Part shown: piece by piece, positions 48,943-58,025 of the stretch
How positions within the stretch are numbered: the stretch's first letter is position 1
How the letters are laid out: the number at the start of each line of letters is the position of its first letter
NCBI GenBank assembly: GCA_965242725.1
Contig: CBDESZ010000027.1
Coordinates: forward strand, 47,223-111,222
Reading direction: 5' to 3'
DNA: 64,000 nt
DNA from: Alkalispirochaeta sp.
Lineage (GTDB): Bacteria > Spirochaetota > Spirochaetia > DSM-27196 > Alkalispirochaetaceae
Translations under genes and position numbers: made by a program
The notes under the pieces: model-generated
What the model was told of the DNA's origin: nothing
Databases searched by the model: none
What the model saw: only the letters and a program-made list of their open reading frames with translations

Positions 48943-49365
48943 TCACCTCTCTTCACGAAACAGCAACTTCAGGGCGTACTCCTCATCGCGGGTTGCCGCG
49001 ATATCAATATCCTGACGCTTGAAGGCAAGCACGGCCATTTCGAAACTACGGTCGCCGGGGTCGGCCAGGACTACCCGCCTGAGTCCTTTTAATTCTTCAT
49101 AAAATGGAATACTGTCCGGCCGCGCGTGCCTCACGTGTCCGTGAAACCCGCCGATATTTCGCCCCTTCCGCATGTCATAGAGGACCCGCTTCACACCGGT
49201 CTCTTTCACCAGTTGTACGATTTGCTCATACACCCGGGGCCGTATTTTGTAGTCAAAATCCCCATGGAATTCAACAACGATGTAGCGACCGTCTTCCGAA
49301 AGCCGGACATCGTAACTGTCACTTTCCATCACATTAATGTAATGCCTGCGGTCTCGATGATCCAC
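48943..49365 (-). CDS. hypothetical protein (140 aa)
   Basis: Single clean ORF with no motif I recognise with confidence. It has a weak resemblance to small STAS-like alpha/beta proteins. Confidence 0.4.
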   Translation of the reverse strand: MDHRDRRHYINVMESDSYDVRLSEDGRYIVVEFHGDFDYKIRPRVYEQIVQLVKETGVKRVLYDMRKGRNIGGFHGHVRHARPDSIPFYEELKGLRRVVLADPGDRSFEMAVLAFKRQDIDIAATRDEEYALKLLFREER

Positions 49366-49395
49366 CTGTAAGGTACGACGGAAACGACATAGTCG

Positions 49396-50874
49396 TCACT
49401 CGTCGGAAACGGTGACAGTAAGTGAATACGGCACGTATGGATCGGAGTGGTCGTTGGCGCTGGTGATACAAAGGTAATAGTCGCCTTCCTGCTCGGCCGT
49501 ATGTAGGGGACTCACAATATCAGCGGGTTCCGTTAACGTATATTTGTCCCATATTACGGTCGTGAAGTCGCCGGGACCGTACAAATCAACCGCCGGATCC
49601 ACCGGGCTCGTCGGTTGGGTCACATGTATCTGAATAGTCGCGCCGGCGGCCACCGTTATAACGTACCAGTCCTCATCCTCTTCGTGTGAGATATACCCTT
49701 CCTGCGGGACTCCAGCAGCCATTAAGACGGCGCCGGTGGAACCGTTATTTGCGGGCTCCCGTTCTTCAGCTTCCGGTTCACGGACCTTCACGACGGTAAT
49801 CGCATAAGGTGTTGCCGGATCGGTGTGATCGTTGGCGCTGGTCACACGGAGGTAATAATCACCGTCCTGCGCAGCCAGTTGCCACTCACTTACAATCTCC
49901 GCAGGTTCGTTTAACGTATATTTCTTCCACGCTTCGGAGCTGAAATTGCCGGGGGCAAAGAGTTCAACGTACGGTTCAACCGGACTGTCCGGCTGGGTTG
50001 CCGTAATTTGAATGAGATCACCCGCGGTCAGCGAGACGACGTACCAGTCCTCATCGGTCTCGTGGGATATATACCCGCCGTCTGAAAGACCGGCCGCCAG
50101 CGGAACCGCTCCGGAGAAGGCGTCGTTTTCGGGCTCCCGGCCGGCGGGTTCCGGTTCACTCTCCGTGACGACGGTAAGGGCATAGGGCACGGAAGGATCA
50201 TAGTGGTCGTTGGCACTGGTCACACAGAGATAATAGTCGCCGCTCATCTCGGCCAGCTGCCATTCGCTCACGATCTGCGCCGGTTCGGTCAGCGTGTATT
50301 TTCGCCAGACTTCCGTCGTGATGTCCGTCGGTGTGAAGAGGCGCACGTCGGGATCGACGTCACTTTCCGGCTGGGTAAGGGTGATCCTGAGCAACTCACC
50401 GCCGGGGAGGGAAAGAGCGTACCAGTCCTCTTCACCGGGGACCGAAATGAACCCGGGGGACGCGGAATCGATAGAGAGCGGGACGGCCCCGGGTACAACA
50501 ACACCCAGCGGCGCCCGCACCGTCAGCACTGCCGATCGGGATACCACCACCGTCCCGTCGCTGACTCGCACCTGAATGGTATAGTCCGTCTCAACGGCAG
50601 GACAGAAGTTGAAGATACAGCAATCCTCGGTTTCCCCGTCGACTATCACATCATCGACATACCACGTAATGACGAGGGAGTCGCCGTCGGGATCGCCGGC
50701 AGCGACCTCAAAAGAAAAATCACTCCCGTTGTCAACGACGGCGATGTCGGTGTTCAGGGAAACAGTGGGTGGCGTGTTCGTTTCACGCGGCCGATCGTCT
50801 CCGGTCGGGGGCGCGCACCCCCCGAGAGAAATAAGAATGACGAACCACATGACGGTCCCGGCATGCCTTTTCAT
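49396..50874 (-). CDS. lipoprotein with an N-terminal Ig/cadherin-like region and three tandem PPC (pre-peptidase C-terminal)-like domains
   Basis: Lipobox VILISLGGC after the ATG at 50874 (RBS AAGGGGA). There are three repeats of about 125 aa, each with EPxN...G.ISHExDEDWYV..L..G..I.I..TQP.SPV.P.V.L...DYYL.VTSAND. Confidence 0.7.
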   Translation of the reverse strand: MKRHAGTVMWFVILISLGGCAPPTGDDRPRETNTPPTVSLNTDIAVVDNGSDFSFEVAAGDPDGDSLVITWYVDDVIVDGETEDCCIFNFCPAVETDYTIQVRVSDGTVVVSRSAVLTVRAPLGVVVPGAVPLSIDSASPGFISVPGEEDWYALSLPGGELLRITLTQPESDVDPDVRLFTPTDITTEVWRKYTLTEPAQIVSEWQLAEMSGDYYLCVTSANDHYDPSVPYALTVVTESEPEPAGREPENDAFSGAVPLAAGLSDGGYISHETDEDWYVVSLTAGDLIQITATQPDSPVEPYVELFAPGNFSSEAWKKYTLNEPAEIVSEWQLAAQDGDYYLRVTSANDHTDPATPYAITVVKVREPEAEEREPANNGSTGAVLMAAGVPQEGYISHEEDEDWYVITVAAGATIQIHVTQPTSPVDPAVDLYGPGDFTTVIWDKYTLTEPADIVSPLHTAEQEGDYYLCITSANDHSDPYVPYSLTVTVSDE

Positions 50875-51101
50875 GATCGTCCCCTTGTAAGGAAGATGCA
50901 AAAGGTGCCCATCCGATGTTGTCGTATACTTCCATTATACGACACCTTCCCGCGATTACCAGCGCCGACACACGATTTCCGGCAGGATGCGCGTATCCGG
51001 CCGCTCGCCACGAAGTTCCTTTGCGCGTCTTCTCTACATGTCGTTATTGCGGCGAATCAATGTCGGCGGAAATTTCGTACAGAAACAGTACAGATCCGTA
51101 T

Positions 51102-51653
51102 TTACGCTTTCATCGAAACATTGTGTTGGTAGGCAAGATCCCGCCGGGCGGTTCGCATTAACCGATACGCCTCCGCGGCAACCCGCATATCAGCGGTGGA
51201 AGGATTTCCCGGGGCAGTTGCCGCCGCGTAAATCGTCCGCGCCTTCTGCAAGGTCGCACGGGGATCGCCCGGTACCTCTGCCATATCGACGGCGATGCGT
51301 CCGCCGACGGCAACCGTCTCACCTCCCGGCGCCCTGCGGGTTTCGTAGATGACGTCGGATGCTGCGTATCCGCCGAGAGCGCTCTGATGCGCACGTTCAT
51401 GACTGCGGACTTCCCGGTCCCGCGCATGCGCTTCCGGGGTAAGGGTGAGCCGGTAGTCGGTCCCCGAAACGTCGATACCGGTAGAATCTCTGCCGTCGGA
51501 CGGGGTTTCCGAAGAACCTTCATGCTCTCCCGATCCGGTGCGAATGATGACAACTGGGATTCGCCTCGTAGGCTCGTCGGTATGCGGCGGTATCGGTGGA
51601 GGTCGGTATCTTTCGTCGGCGTATACAATACGCATTCGTACAATGATCCTCAA
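51102..51653 (-). CDS. SprA-related / putative metalloprotease (CJM1_0395-type) family protein
   Basis: ARDREVRSHERAHQSALGGYAAS...GGRIAVDMAEVPGDPRATLQKARTIYAAATAPGNPSTADMRVAAEA follows the conserved RDxEVRxHExAH...GGEVxID...AALAPAxPSxxD pattern of this family, as I recall it. Confidence 0.55.
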   Translation of the reverse strand: MRIIVRMRIVYADERYRPPPIPPHTDEPTRRIPVVIIRTGSGEHEGSSETPSDGRDSTGIDVSGTDYRLTLTPEAHARDREVRSHERAHQSALGGYAASDVIYETRRAPGGETVAVGGRIAVDMAEVPGDPRATLQKARTIYAAATAPGNPSTADMRVAAEAYRLMRTARRDLAYQHNVSMKA

Positions 51654-51833
51654 CGCTCATTGTACGGGGGGACTCCTCATTACACAACCGTATGTTTCGG
51701 TATGACGTGAGTCAAAGGAGCGGGCGCGGCCTTCCGTGACCGTACTTCCCGCAGCACCCCTCCGCAGCTCTTCAGTACCAATGGCACGGGAAACATAGTA
51801 CAATCAATTGCGTCAGTCGTTTGATGATAAGGA

Positions 51834-52379
51834 GTGTCGGTGCGTCACATTGCGTTATTGCGGGGCATCAACGTGGGAGGAAACAACAAGGTTCCCATGG
51901 CGGAGCTGCGTGCAGCCCTGGAGAACGACGGGTTTACCGCCGTACAGAGCTACATCGCCTCGGGAAACATTCTTCTTTCTGCCGACGGGACGTCCCTTGA
52001 AGAGGTACAAATGCGTTTTGAGCGATTGCTTGAGACGACGTTTTCCGTTTCCACGCGGGTCCTCGTGATTCCCGAGACGCGATTTCTGCCGATCGCCGCC
52101 GCCCTGCCCGGGGATTGGCACAATGACTCCGACCACAAGTCGGACGTCATTTTTCTCTTTCCGGAAGACGATACGCCCGCTATTCGTGGTACCCTCGCAC
52201 CCCGGGACGGAATAGACGAGACGATCTATGTACCCGGGGCCGTCCTGTGGCGCGTCCCTCGCCGATTCCAGACGAAATCGGCCCTCAACAAGCTCGTCGG
52301 TACAAAAACATACCGCAATGTAACGATCCGTAACGCCAATACCGTCAGAAAACTGCAGCAGATGCTGCAGGGATCATAA
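51834..52379 (+). CDS. DUF1697 family protein
   Basis: IALLRGINVGGNNKVPMAELRAALENDGFTAVQSYIASGNILL is the characteristic DUF1697 N-terminus. Confidence 0.8.
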   Translation: MSVRHIALLRGINVGGNNKVPMAELRAALENDGFTAVQSYIASGNILLSADGTSLEEVQMRFERLLETTFSVSTRVLVIPETRFLPIAAALPGDWHNDSDHKSDVIFLFPEDDTPAIRGTLAPRDGIDETIYVPGAVLWRVPRRFQTKSALNKLVGTKTYRNVTIRNANTVRKLQQMLQGS

Positions 52380-52380
52380 C

Positions 52381-52406
52381 CGGACCGACCACGTTTCCGT
52401 TTTTTT
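52381..52406 (+). terminator. weak candidate terminator after the DUF1697 gene
   Basis: A short stem CGGA (52381-52384) / TCCG (52396-52399), extendable with a bulge, is followed by T7 (52400-52406). The stem is weak. Confidence 0.25.
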
Positions 52407-52613
52407 CAGATCGAACCATCCGGTTCTGCCCGCCTCTTCACTCCACCCACCGTGCAATCCGGATCGACCGGATCCCGAAATCACCACCTTGTGTAACTTT
52501 GTGCCCCGTCGATTGCTTTACATGCGGATTGTATGAAATGAATTCTCTTTCTACGGGACCCATTGTTCATTCCCACCATTCCCCGGTGGGATTCCTCAAG
52601 GAGGCATAAACAC

Positions 52614-55061
52614 GTGAACATAAAAAAACGATTTCTCCCGATACCGGTACTGCTGCTGATGATCCTCGCCGGCTGTGCCACGACCGGCACCATACCGGTC
52701 GATATCGGACCTGAAGAGGCATATTATATTTCCCCGGCCAACGGTGACGGCGTACAGGATGACGTGGTGCTGCCCCTTACGGTACTTCCCCTGGAACGAA
52801 CCTCCCTGAGCGCCTATTCGGTGGAGATTCGTGACGCCGGCGGCAATGTCGTCCGTTCCTATGAAGAACGGGTTCCAAGGGGAGGCTTTTTTCGGCGTTT
52901 CCGACGAAACGGGGTCACGGTACCGGAGACCGTATTGTGGGCGGGTGACAACGATCGCGGAGAGTACGTCGAAGACGGCAGGTACACCCTCGTCGTTACC
53001 GTAACCGACAACAGGGATAACGTCGGCGTCGGACCGGAAATTGTGGTCTTTGTCGACAACACCCCACCTTCGGCGCAGGTCTCAACACCGTTTCCGCTCA
53101 TTACCCCCAATAACGACGGCAGGCTCGACACGATCCTGATCTTTCAGCGCGAATCATCCCTCGAAAGAACATGGACAGGCGAGATTATCGGCGAGGACGG
53201 CGGGAGTGTGAGGAGATATGTGTGGGACGGGTTCACGCCGGACCTCGTATGGGACGGCACAGACGAGACGGGCGCAACCGTTCAGGAAGGAACGTATCGG
53301 TACGTCCTCAGCGCCACCGACGTCGCGGGTAACTCTGCGTCCTTTGAGCTGCCCGGTATCGAGGTCGAGTACGCGCCGCGACCTATTGCACTCAGTGCGT
53401 CGCGTCTCGTTTTTTCACCCAACGGCGACGGAAGAGCCGACGACATCACTTTTACGCCGACCCTGTCGGTGACCGCAAATGTGACCTCCTGGACGCTGAA
53501 AGTTACGGATCGTCAGGGAAGGGAGGTCCGTTCATTTACCGGGGATGGTCTCCCCCAGGCGATACGCTTTGACGGCAGGCGCACCAACGGATCGGTGCTG
53601 CCCGACGGCAGTTACGGTGCAATTCTCACGGTCACATATCGCGGTGGACAACAACCGGAGACAGCCGCACCGATCTTCCGGATTGATACGCTCCCGCCGT
53701 CCGCCTCGGTGACACCACGATATCTCCTCTTCTCGCCCGACGGTGACGGAAGGAAAGACACGATTCCCTTTCATCAGACAAGCAGCGTCGAGCCCATGTG
53801 GGAAGGGACGGTAATCAACAACGCCGGTACCGTCATACGGCGCTGGACCTGGCGCGGACAGGCCGCCGGTTTCGAGTGGGACGGCAGGACGACCGCCGGG
53901 AGTGTCGCACCCGATGATACCTACCGGTACCGACTCACCGCAACAGACGAGGCACAAAACATCCTGACCGTCGAGATACCGGGGCTGAGAATAGATACAA
54001 GGCCGACTCCCGTTACCGCATCCCTGGCTGCGAATCGTTTTTCTCCCAATCGGGACGGCGTACAGGACGTCATTACCTTCAATCTCGGCCTGTCGATTCC
54101 CGACGGTGTGGAAGCGTGGAACCTCACGGTCAACTCCGAGGACGGGAGGAGTTCCGCCCTTATCGCGTCGGGACAGAGTCGTGTGCCCTCCCAGGTTGTC
54201 TGGGACGGAGCAATAGGGGGCCGAACCGCGTCGGACGGCAACTACACCGCCCTCTTTGAGGCGACCTATACAAAGGGAAATGTCGGTATTGCCCGTTCCC
54301 CGGCGGTCACTCTTGATACGACGCCGCCGGTCGTCTCCGTTTCGGCGCAGCCCAAACCCTTCTCCCCCGATAACGACGGAGTCGCAGACAGGCTGACGAT
54401 CACTCTCACCGCCCGTGACGCAGGCTCAGTCGAGTCGTGGCGCCTGCGTATTCTCGACCCCACGGGCGTCGTTTTCAGGGAGTTCACCGGACGGGGTGCT
54501 CCCGCCCAGCCGATCGTCTGGGACGGAACGTCGTCTTCAGGTGAACTTGTGCAATCAGCCGAGGAGTACCGTCTCGTCGCAACTGCCACCGACACGGTCT
54601 GGAACACCGGTCAGGCCGAGGAGATCGTACCGACGGACATTCTGGTGATCCGCGACGGCGATCGATTGAGAATCAACATTACCGCCATCCAGTTTGCACC
54701 CTTTACCGCGGACTACGAGGTCGAGGTGGGGGCAATACAGGCGGCACGGAACCGGAGGACCCTTGATCGCCTGGCGGAGGTGTTGAAAAAATATCCCCGC
54801 TATCAGATCTCAATTGAAGGTCACGCCGTCCAGATATACTGGAACAACCCGGCCCGTTCTGCGGTGGAACAGTCGGACGTACTGCTTCCCCTTTCGCAGT
54901 CCCGTGCGGAAGTCGTCAAGGAGGCGCTCATTGAACGGGGAATTCCTGAAACACGAATGACGACCCATGGATATGGCGGGTCGGTACCCATCGTTCCCCA
55001 CGGCGATCTGGAAAATCGTTGGAAGAACAGACGGGTCGAATTTGTACTGGTCCAGCGATAA
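52614..55061 (+). CDS. lipoprotein with six FlgD-Ig-like repeats and a C-terminal OmpA-family peptidoglycan-binding domain
   Basis: The GTG at 52614 is preceded by AAGGAGG and followed by the lipobox LMILAGC. Six repeats of about 105 aa each start with an (F/I)(S/T)Px(N)DGxxD motif and end with DG.Y.Y.L.ATD.AGN-like strands. The C-terminus is an OmpA_C domain (ISIEGHA...NRRVEFVLV). Confidence 0.8.
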   Translation: MNIKKRFLPIPVLLLMILAGCATTGTIPVDIGPEEAYYISPANGDGVQDDVVLPLTVLPLERTSLSAYSVEIRDAGGNVVRSYEERVPRGGFFRRFRRNGVTVPETVLWAGDNDRGEYVEDGRYTLVVTVTDNRDNVGVGPEIVVFVDNTPPSAQVSTPFPLITPNNDGRLDTILIFQRESSLERTWTGEIIGEDGGSVRRYVWDGFTPDLVWDGTDETGATVQEGTYRYVLSATDVAGNSASFELPGIEVEYAPRPIALSASRLVFSPNGDGRADDITFTPTLSVTANVTSWTLKVTDRQGREVRSFTGDGLPQAIRFDGRRTNGSVLPDGSYGAILTVTYRGGQQPETAAPIFRIDTLPPSASVTPRYLLFSPDGDGRKDTIPFHQTSSVEPMWEGTVINNAGTVIRRWTWRGQAAGFEWDGRTTAGSVAPDDTYRYRLTATDEAQNILTVEIPGLRIDTRPTPVTASLAANRFSPNRDGVQDVITFNLGLSIPDGVEAWNLTVNSEDGRSSALIASGQSRVPSQVVWDGAIGGRTASDGNYTALFEATYTKGNVGIARSPAVTLDTTPPVVSVSAQPKPFSPDNDGVADRLTITLTARDAGSVESWRLRILDPTGVVFREFTGRGAPAQPIVWDGTSSSGELVQSAEEYRLVATATDTVWNTGQAEEIVPTDILVIRDGDRLRINITAIQFAPFTADYEVEVGAIQAARNRRTLDRLAEVLKKYPRYQISIEGHAVQIYWNNPARSAVEQSDVLLPLSQSRAEVVKEALIERGIPETRMTTHGYGGSVPIVPHGDLENRWKNRRVEFVLVQR

Positions 55062-55069
55062 ATGATACG

Positions 55070-55092
55070 GCCCGCCGCCCGTTGCGGCGGGC
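55070..55092 (+). other. GC-rich intercistronic stem-loop between the OmpA-domain gene and sodC
   Basis: GCCCGCCGC (55070-55078), loop CCGTT, GCGGCGGGC (55084-55092). This is a perfect 9-bp stem with no U-tract. It is followed directly by AGGAGGAAGAGG and the sodC ATG. Confidence 0.6.
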
Positions 55093-55104
55093 AGGAGGAA
55101 GAGG

Positions 55105-55665
55105 ATGAAAAAACTATCAATCGGCGCTATTGCGGTCCTGGCCATGGTGTCCATCAGTCTCGTCGGGTGTACCTCCGTACAATCCGGTGTGGGTCTGCGA
55201 CGGCAGGTGACCCGGGCGGTGGCGGTCATCAGGCCCGTGCAGGGAGGAGGTTCCCTCGGTACCGTTACATTTATTCAGGAAGGACGGCATGTGCGTATCA
55301 TCGCCGACATGCAGGGACTGACACCGGGGAAACATGGAATCCATGTCCATGAGTTCGGCGACACGTCCGCTTTCGACGGGACTTCCGCCGGCGGACACTT
55401 CAATCCCCGCAACACTCCCCATGGGGCCCCCACCGCGGAGGTCCGTCACGTTGGAGACCTCGGAAATCTTGAAGTCGATCGCAACGGTGTGGCGACATAC
55501 AACCGCCTGGACGAGGTGATAACCCTGAATGGACCAAACTCCGTCGTCGGACGTGCGGTCGTCGTCAAGGCGGGACCCGACGATTTCAAGACGCAGCCGG
55601 GAGGTGCCGCGGGTGCACGAATAGCCTGGGGCGTGATCGGAATCGGGGCACTCTCTTCGGAATGA
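55105..55665 (+). CDS. sodC: Cu/Zn superoxide dismutase, lipoprotein
   Basis: Lipobox SLVGC, then GIHVHEFGD, GGHFNP, HVGDLGN and a C-terminal RIAWGVIG. Confidence 0.9.
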   Translation: MKKLSIGAIAVLAMVSISLVGCTSVQSGVGLRRQVTRAVAVIRPVQGGGSLGTVTFIQEGRHVRIIADMQGLTPGKHGIHVHEFGDTSAFDGTSAGGHFNPRNTPHGAPTAEVRHVGDLGNLEVDRNGVATYNRLDEVITLNGPNSVVGRAVVVKAGPDDFKTQPGGAAGARIAWGVIGIGALSSE

Positions 55666-55728
55666 CATCGCACCTGTGCCGTTCTTCAACGATGTAGGAC
55701 CGGATGTGAAGGAATCGGAGGTGCCGCC

Positions 55729-56985
55729 GTGGCGATAATAGGTTTTGTATCTACCCGTTTTGCCGGGAGCGACGGAGTCAGTCTGGAAAGCGCCAAGTGG
55801 GCGCATGTATTTGAAGACGAAGGGCATAGCGTCTGCTGGTTCGCCGGCGAGCTTGACAGACCTGCCCGACAGAGCATGCTGGTCCCGGAGGCGCACTTCA
55901 ACCATCCGGAATCGGTGAGAATAAGCGACGCCGTCTGGGGCAGGCTGCACCGTCCCAGGGAGATCAACGATCTCATCAAGTCACAGGTCGCCCTGCTCCG
56001 CTCGAAGCTCTATGAGTTTATCGAAACCTTTACGGTGGACATTCTCGTCGTGGAAAATGCCCTCACCATTCCCATGCAGGTCCCACTCGGCATCGCCCTC
56101 ACCGATTTCATCGCCGAGGCGAATATTCCAACGATCGCCCACCACCACGATTTTTACTGGGAACGGACGCGCTTTCTCATAAGCGCGATTCGGGATTACC
56201 TGGAGATGGCGTTTCCTCCGGTATTGCCCCAGATTCAGCATGCCGTCATCAACTCCGCCGCCCGGGACCAACTGGCGTGGCGGAAGGGCGTCTCTTCGAT
56301 CATCGTGCCCAACGTCATCAATTTCGATGGGCCCCTTCCTCCGATAGATCGGAAACGGGTACGTCGGACGGTTGGCCTCGCCGATGATGACATCCTCATT
56401 CTGCAACCAACCCGCGTGGTCCCGCGAAAGGGAATCGAGCACGCCATAACCCTGGTGTCCCGCCTGAACGATCCCCGCTGCAAACTGGTCATCAGCCACG
56501 AGAGCGGAGATGAGGGGGACACCTACCTGAGCGCCCTTATGGATTCGGCTCGGGAAGCACATGTGGACCTCCGGCTGATCCCTACCGTCGTCCCCGACGT
56601 GATCCAGGGTGAGGAACAGCCGATCCCCCGTGGATCTCTGGGCTTGTGGGAACTCTACGGCGCGGCGGATCTGGTGACCTATCCCAGTCTCTATGAAGGA
56701 TTCGGAAACGCCCTCCTTGAGGCGTTCTACTTCCGCCTCCCGGTTCTCATTAACCGGTACAGCATATTTATTCAGGATATAGAGCCGAAGGGATTCCGAA
56801 CGATATCAATGGACGGGTTTGTGACGCCCGACGTGGTAGATGCCGTGAGGGCAATCCTGTCTGACGAGACGCGGCGGCGTGAAATGGTTGATCACAACTT
56901 TGCGCTCGCCCACCGCTACTTCAGCTACTCCATCCTCCGGCGACGCCTGCAGACGCTTCTGATAAACGTCCTTGGTATGGATTGA
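55729..56985 (+). CDS. GT-B fold glycosyltransferase (family 4-like), substrate unknown
   Basis: The C-terminal half has the GT4-type pattern (ILQPTRVVPRKGIE...YPSLYEGFGNALLEA) with the EX7E-like motif. The GTG start is at 55729. Confidence 0.7.
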   Translation: MAIIGFVSTRFAGSDGVSLESAKWAHVFEDEGHSVCWFAGELDRPARQSMLVPEAHFNHPESVRISDAVWGRLHRPREINDLIKSQVALLRSKLYEFIETFTVDILVVENALTIPMQVPLGIALTDFIAEANIPTIAHHHDFYWERTRFLISAIRDYLEMAFPPVLPQIQHAVINSAARDQLAWRKGVSSIIVPNVINFDGPLPPIDRKRVRRTVGLADDDILILQPTRVVPRKGIEHAITLVSRLNDPRCKLVISHESGDEGDTYLSALMDSAREAHVDLRLIPTVVPDVIQGEEQPIPRGSLGLWELYGAADLVTYPSLYEGFGNALLEAFYFRLPVLINRYSIFIQDIEPKGFRTISMDGFVTPDVVDAVRAILSDETRRREMVDHNFALAHRYFSYSILRRRLQTLLINVLGMD

Positions 56986-57040
56986 CGCGGTCCAAAGGCA
57001 GCCTGAAGGCGGTGACGATGCGTGCCCCGCGACCTCGTCG

Positions 57041-57946
57041 CTACGTCACGTCCAACCGCTCGAGAAGGAGCGCAAGCTCCCGACGTTCCTCACCTTCAAT
57101 ACTCGTAAGGGGCAGGGGCAATGACGGGGATGCGGCGAAACCCACCACCTCAGCGGCCGTGGCAATGACTCTCAGGCTGCCGCCGTATCGTTGAAAGAGC
57201 GTCCACAGCGGCCCGAGCCGCCGGGACAGGCGCATCGCTTCCTCACCCTCTCCCATGCGTACGGACCGGGCAATTGCGAGGGCCGTCCGAGGAAAGAGCC
57301 CGCCGATGACTGAATACCACAGATCACACCCGGCGATGAGTCCCGTCGCGGCGAAGGAATCACCGCTGATTCCAATTGTCACATCCGGGGGCAGCATCTT
57401 CCGGAGCGTCGCAACGCGCGCCCGCGCCGTCTCCATTTCGGGAGAAATGCCGGGAATCTTTATTGAATAGACCATAGGTAGTTCGGCAATCCTGCGGTAC
57501 AGCTCATCGCTGAAGGTGAACTTTGTTGTTCCCGGATTGTCGTAGAGACAGAGCGGCACCGAGAGCGAGGCGGATACGGTGCGGTAGAGATGGAACACCT
57601 CATCCTCCGTCAACGAATGGTAGGAGACGGGGGCGAGCAGAACTGCCGACGCGCCGGCGTTCTGGGCGTCTTCCGCGAGGAGACAGACGTCCCGAGTCCG
57701 CAACGCGCCGATGCCGACCATCACAGGAGTGGAACCTGCAGCATCCACGGCACGGCGCGCCACCGCGGCGCGTTCCCGCCGATTCAAGTAGGGGTACACG
57801 CCGGTGGATCCCAGAACACCGAGGGAGTCAACCCCGGCGGAAACCGCACGCCCGACGATCCGGACGACGGCCTCCTCGTCGGGTTCTCCGTCCTTCAGGG
57901 GCGTCAGGGGGAAGGCGCAGAGGCCGGAAAAGGGGAAATCACTCAC
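57041..57946 (-). CDS. dihydrodipicolinate synthase/N-acetylneuraminate lyase family protein (non-canonical DapA paralogue)
   Basis: Class I aldolase pattern: GSTGVYPYL, LYDNPGTT and the Schiff-base Lys context YSIKIPG. It diverges from the canonical DapA motifs GTTGES and YNVP. Confidence 0.75.
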   Translation of the reverse strand: MSDFPFSGLCAFPLTPLKDGEPDEEAVVRIVGRAVSAGVDSLGVLGSTGVYPYLNRRERAAVARRAVDAAGSTPVMVGIGALRTRDVCLLAEDAQNAGASAVLLAPVSYHSLTEDEVFHLYRTVSASLSVPLCLYDNPGTTKFTFSDELYRRIAELPMVYSIKIPGISPEMETARARVATLRKMLPPDVTIGISGDSFAATGLIAGCDLWYSVIGGLFPRTALAIARSVRMGEGEEAMRLSRRLGPLWTLFQRYGGSLRVIATAAEVVGFAASPSLPLPLTSIEGEERRELALLLERLDVT

Positions 57947-58025
57947 TCATACACCCGTCTTTCATTCGGCGATCGTTCCGACAAAGACCTCCCCGTCGAT
58001 AGGCGTCCCGTCGCTCATGATGAAC

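Noticed and set aside
49400-50530. Periodic repeats of about 378 bp, considered as a possible non-coding tandem array or CRISPR-like structure.
   Set aside because: The period is far too long, there are no short spacers, and the repeats are in-frame protein domain repeats of one ORF.
52353-52370. Palindrome CTGCAGCAGATGCTGCAG at the end of the DUF1697 gene, considered as a terminator stem.
   Set aside because: It lies inside the coding sequence (QQMLQ), has a 2-nt centre and is not followed by a T-run. It is most likely a codon-driven coincidence.
47940-52400. Intact prophage or integrative island at tRNA-Leu.
   Set aside because: There is no integrase, excisionase, phage or conjugation gene in the region. 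The duplicated att-like segments are only about 130 bp apart. I report it only as a scar or possible old islet.
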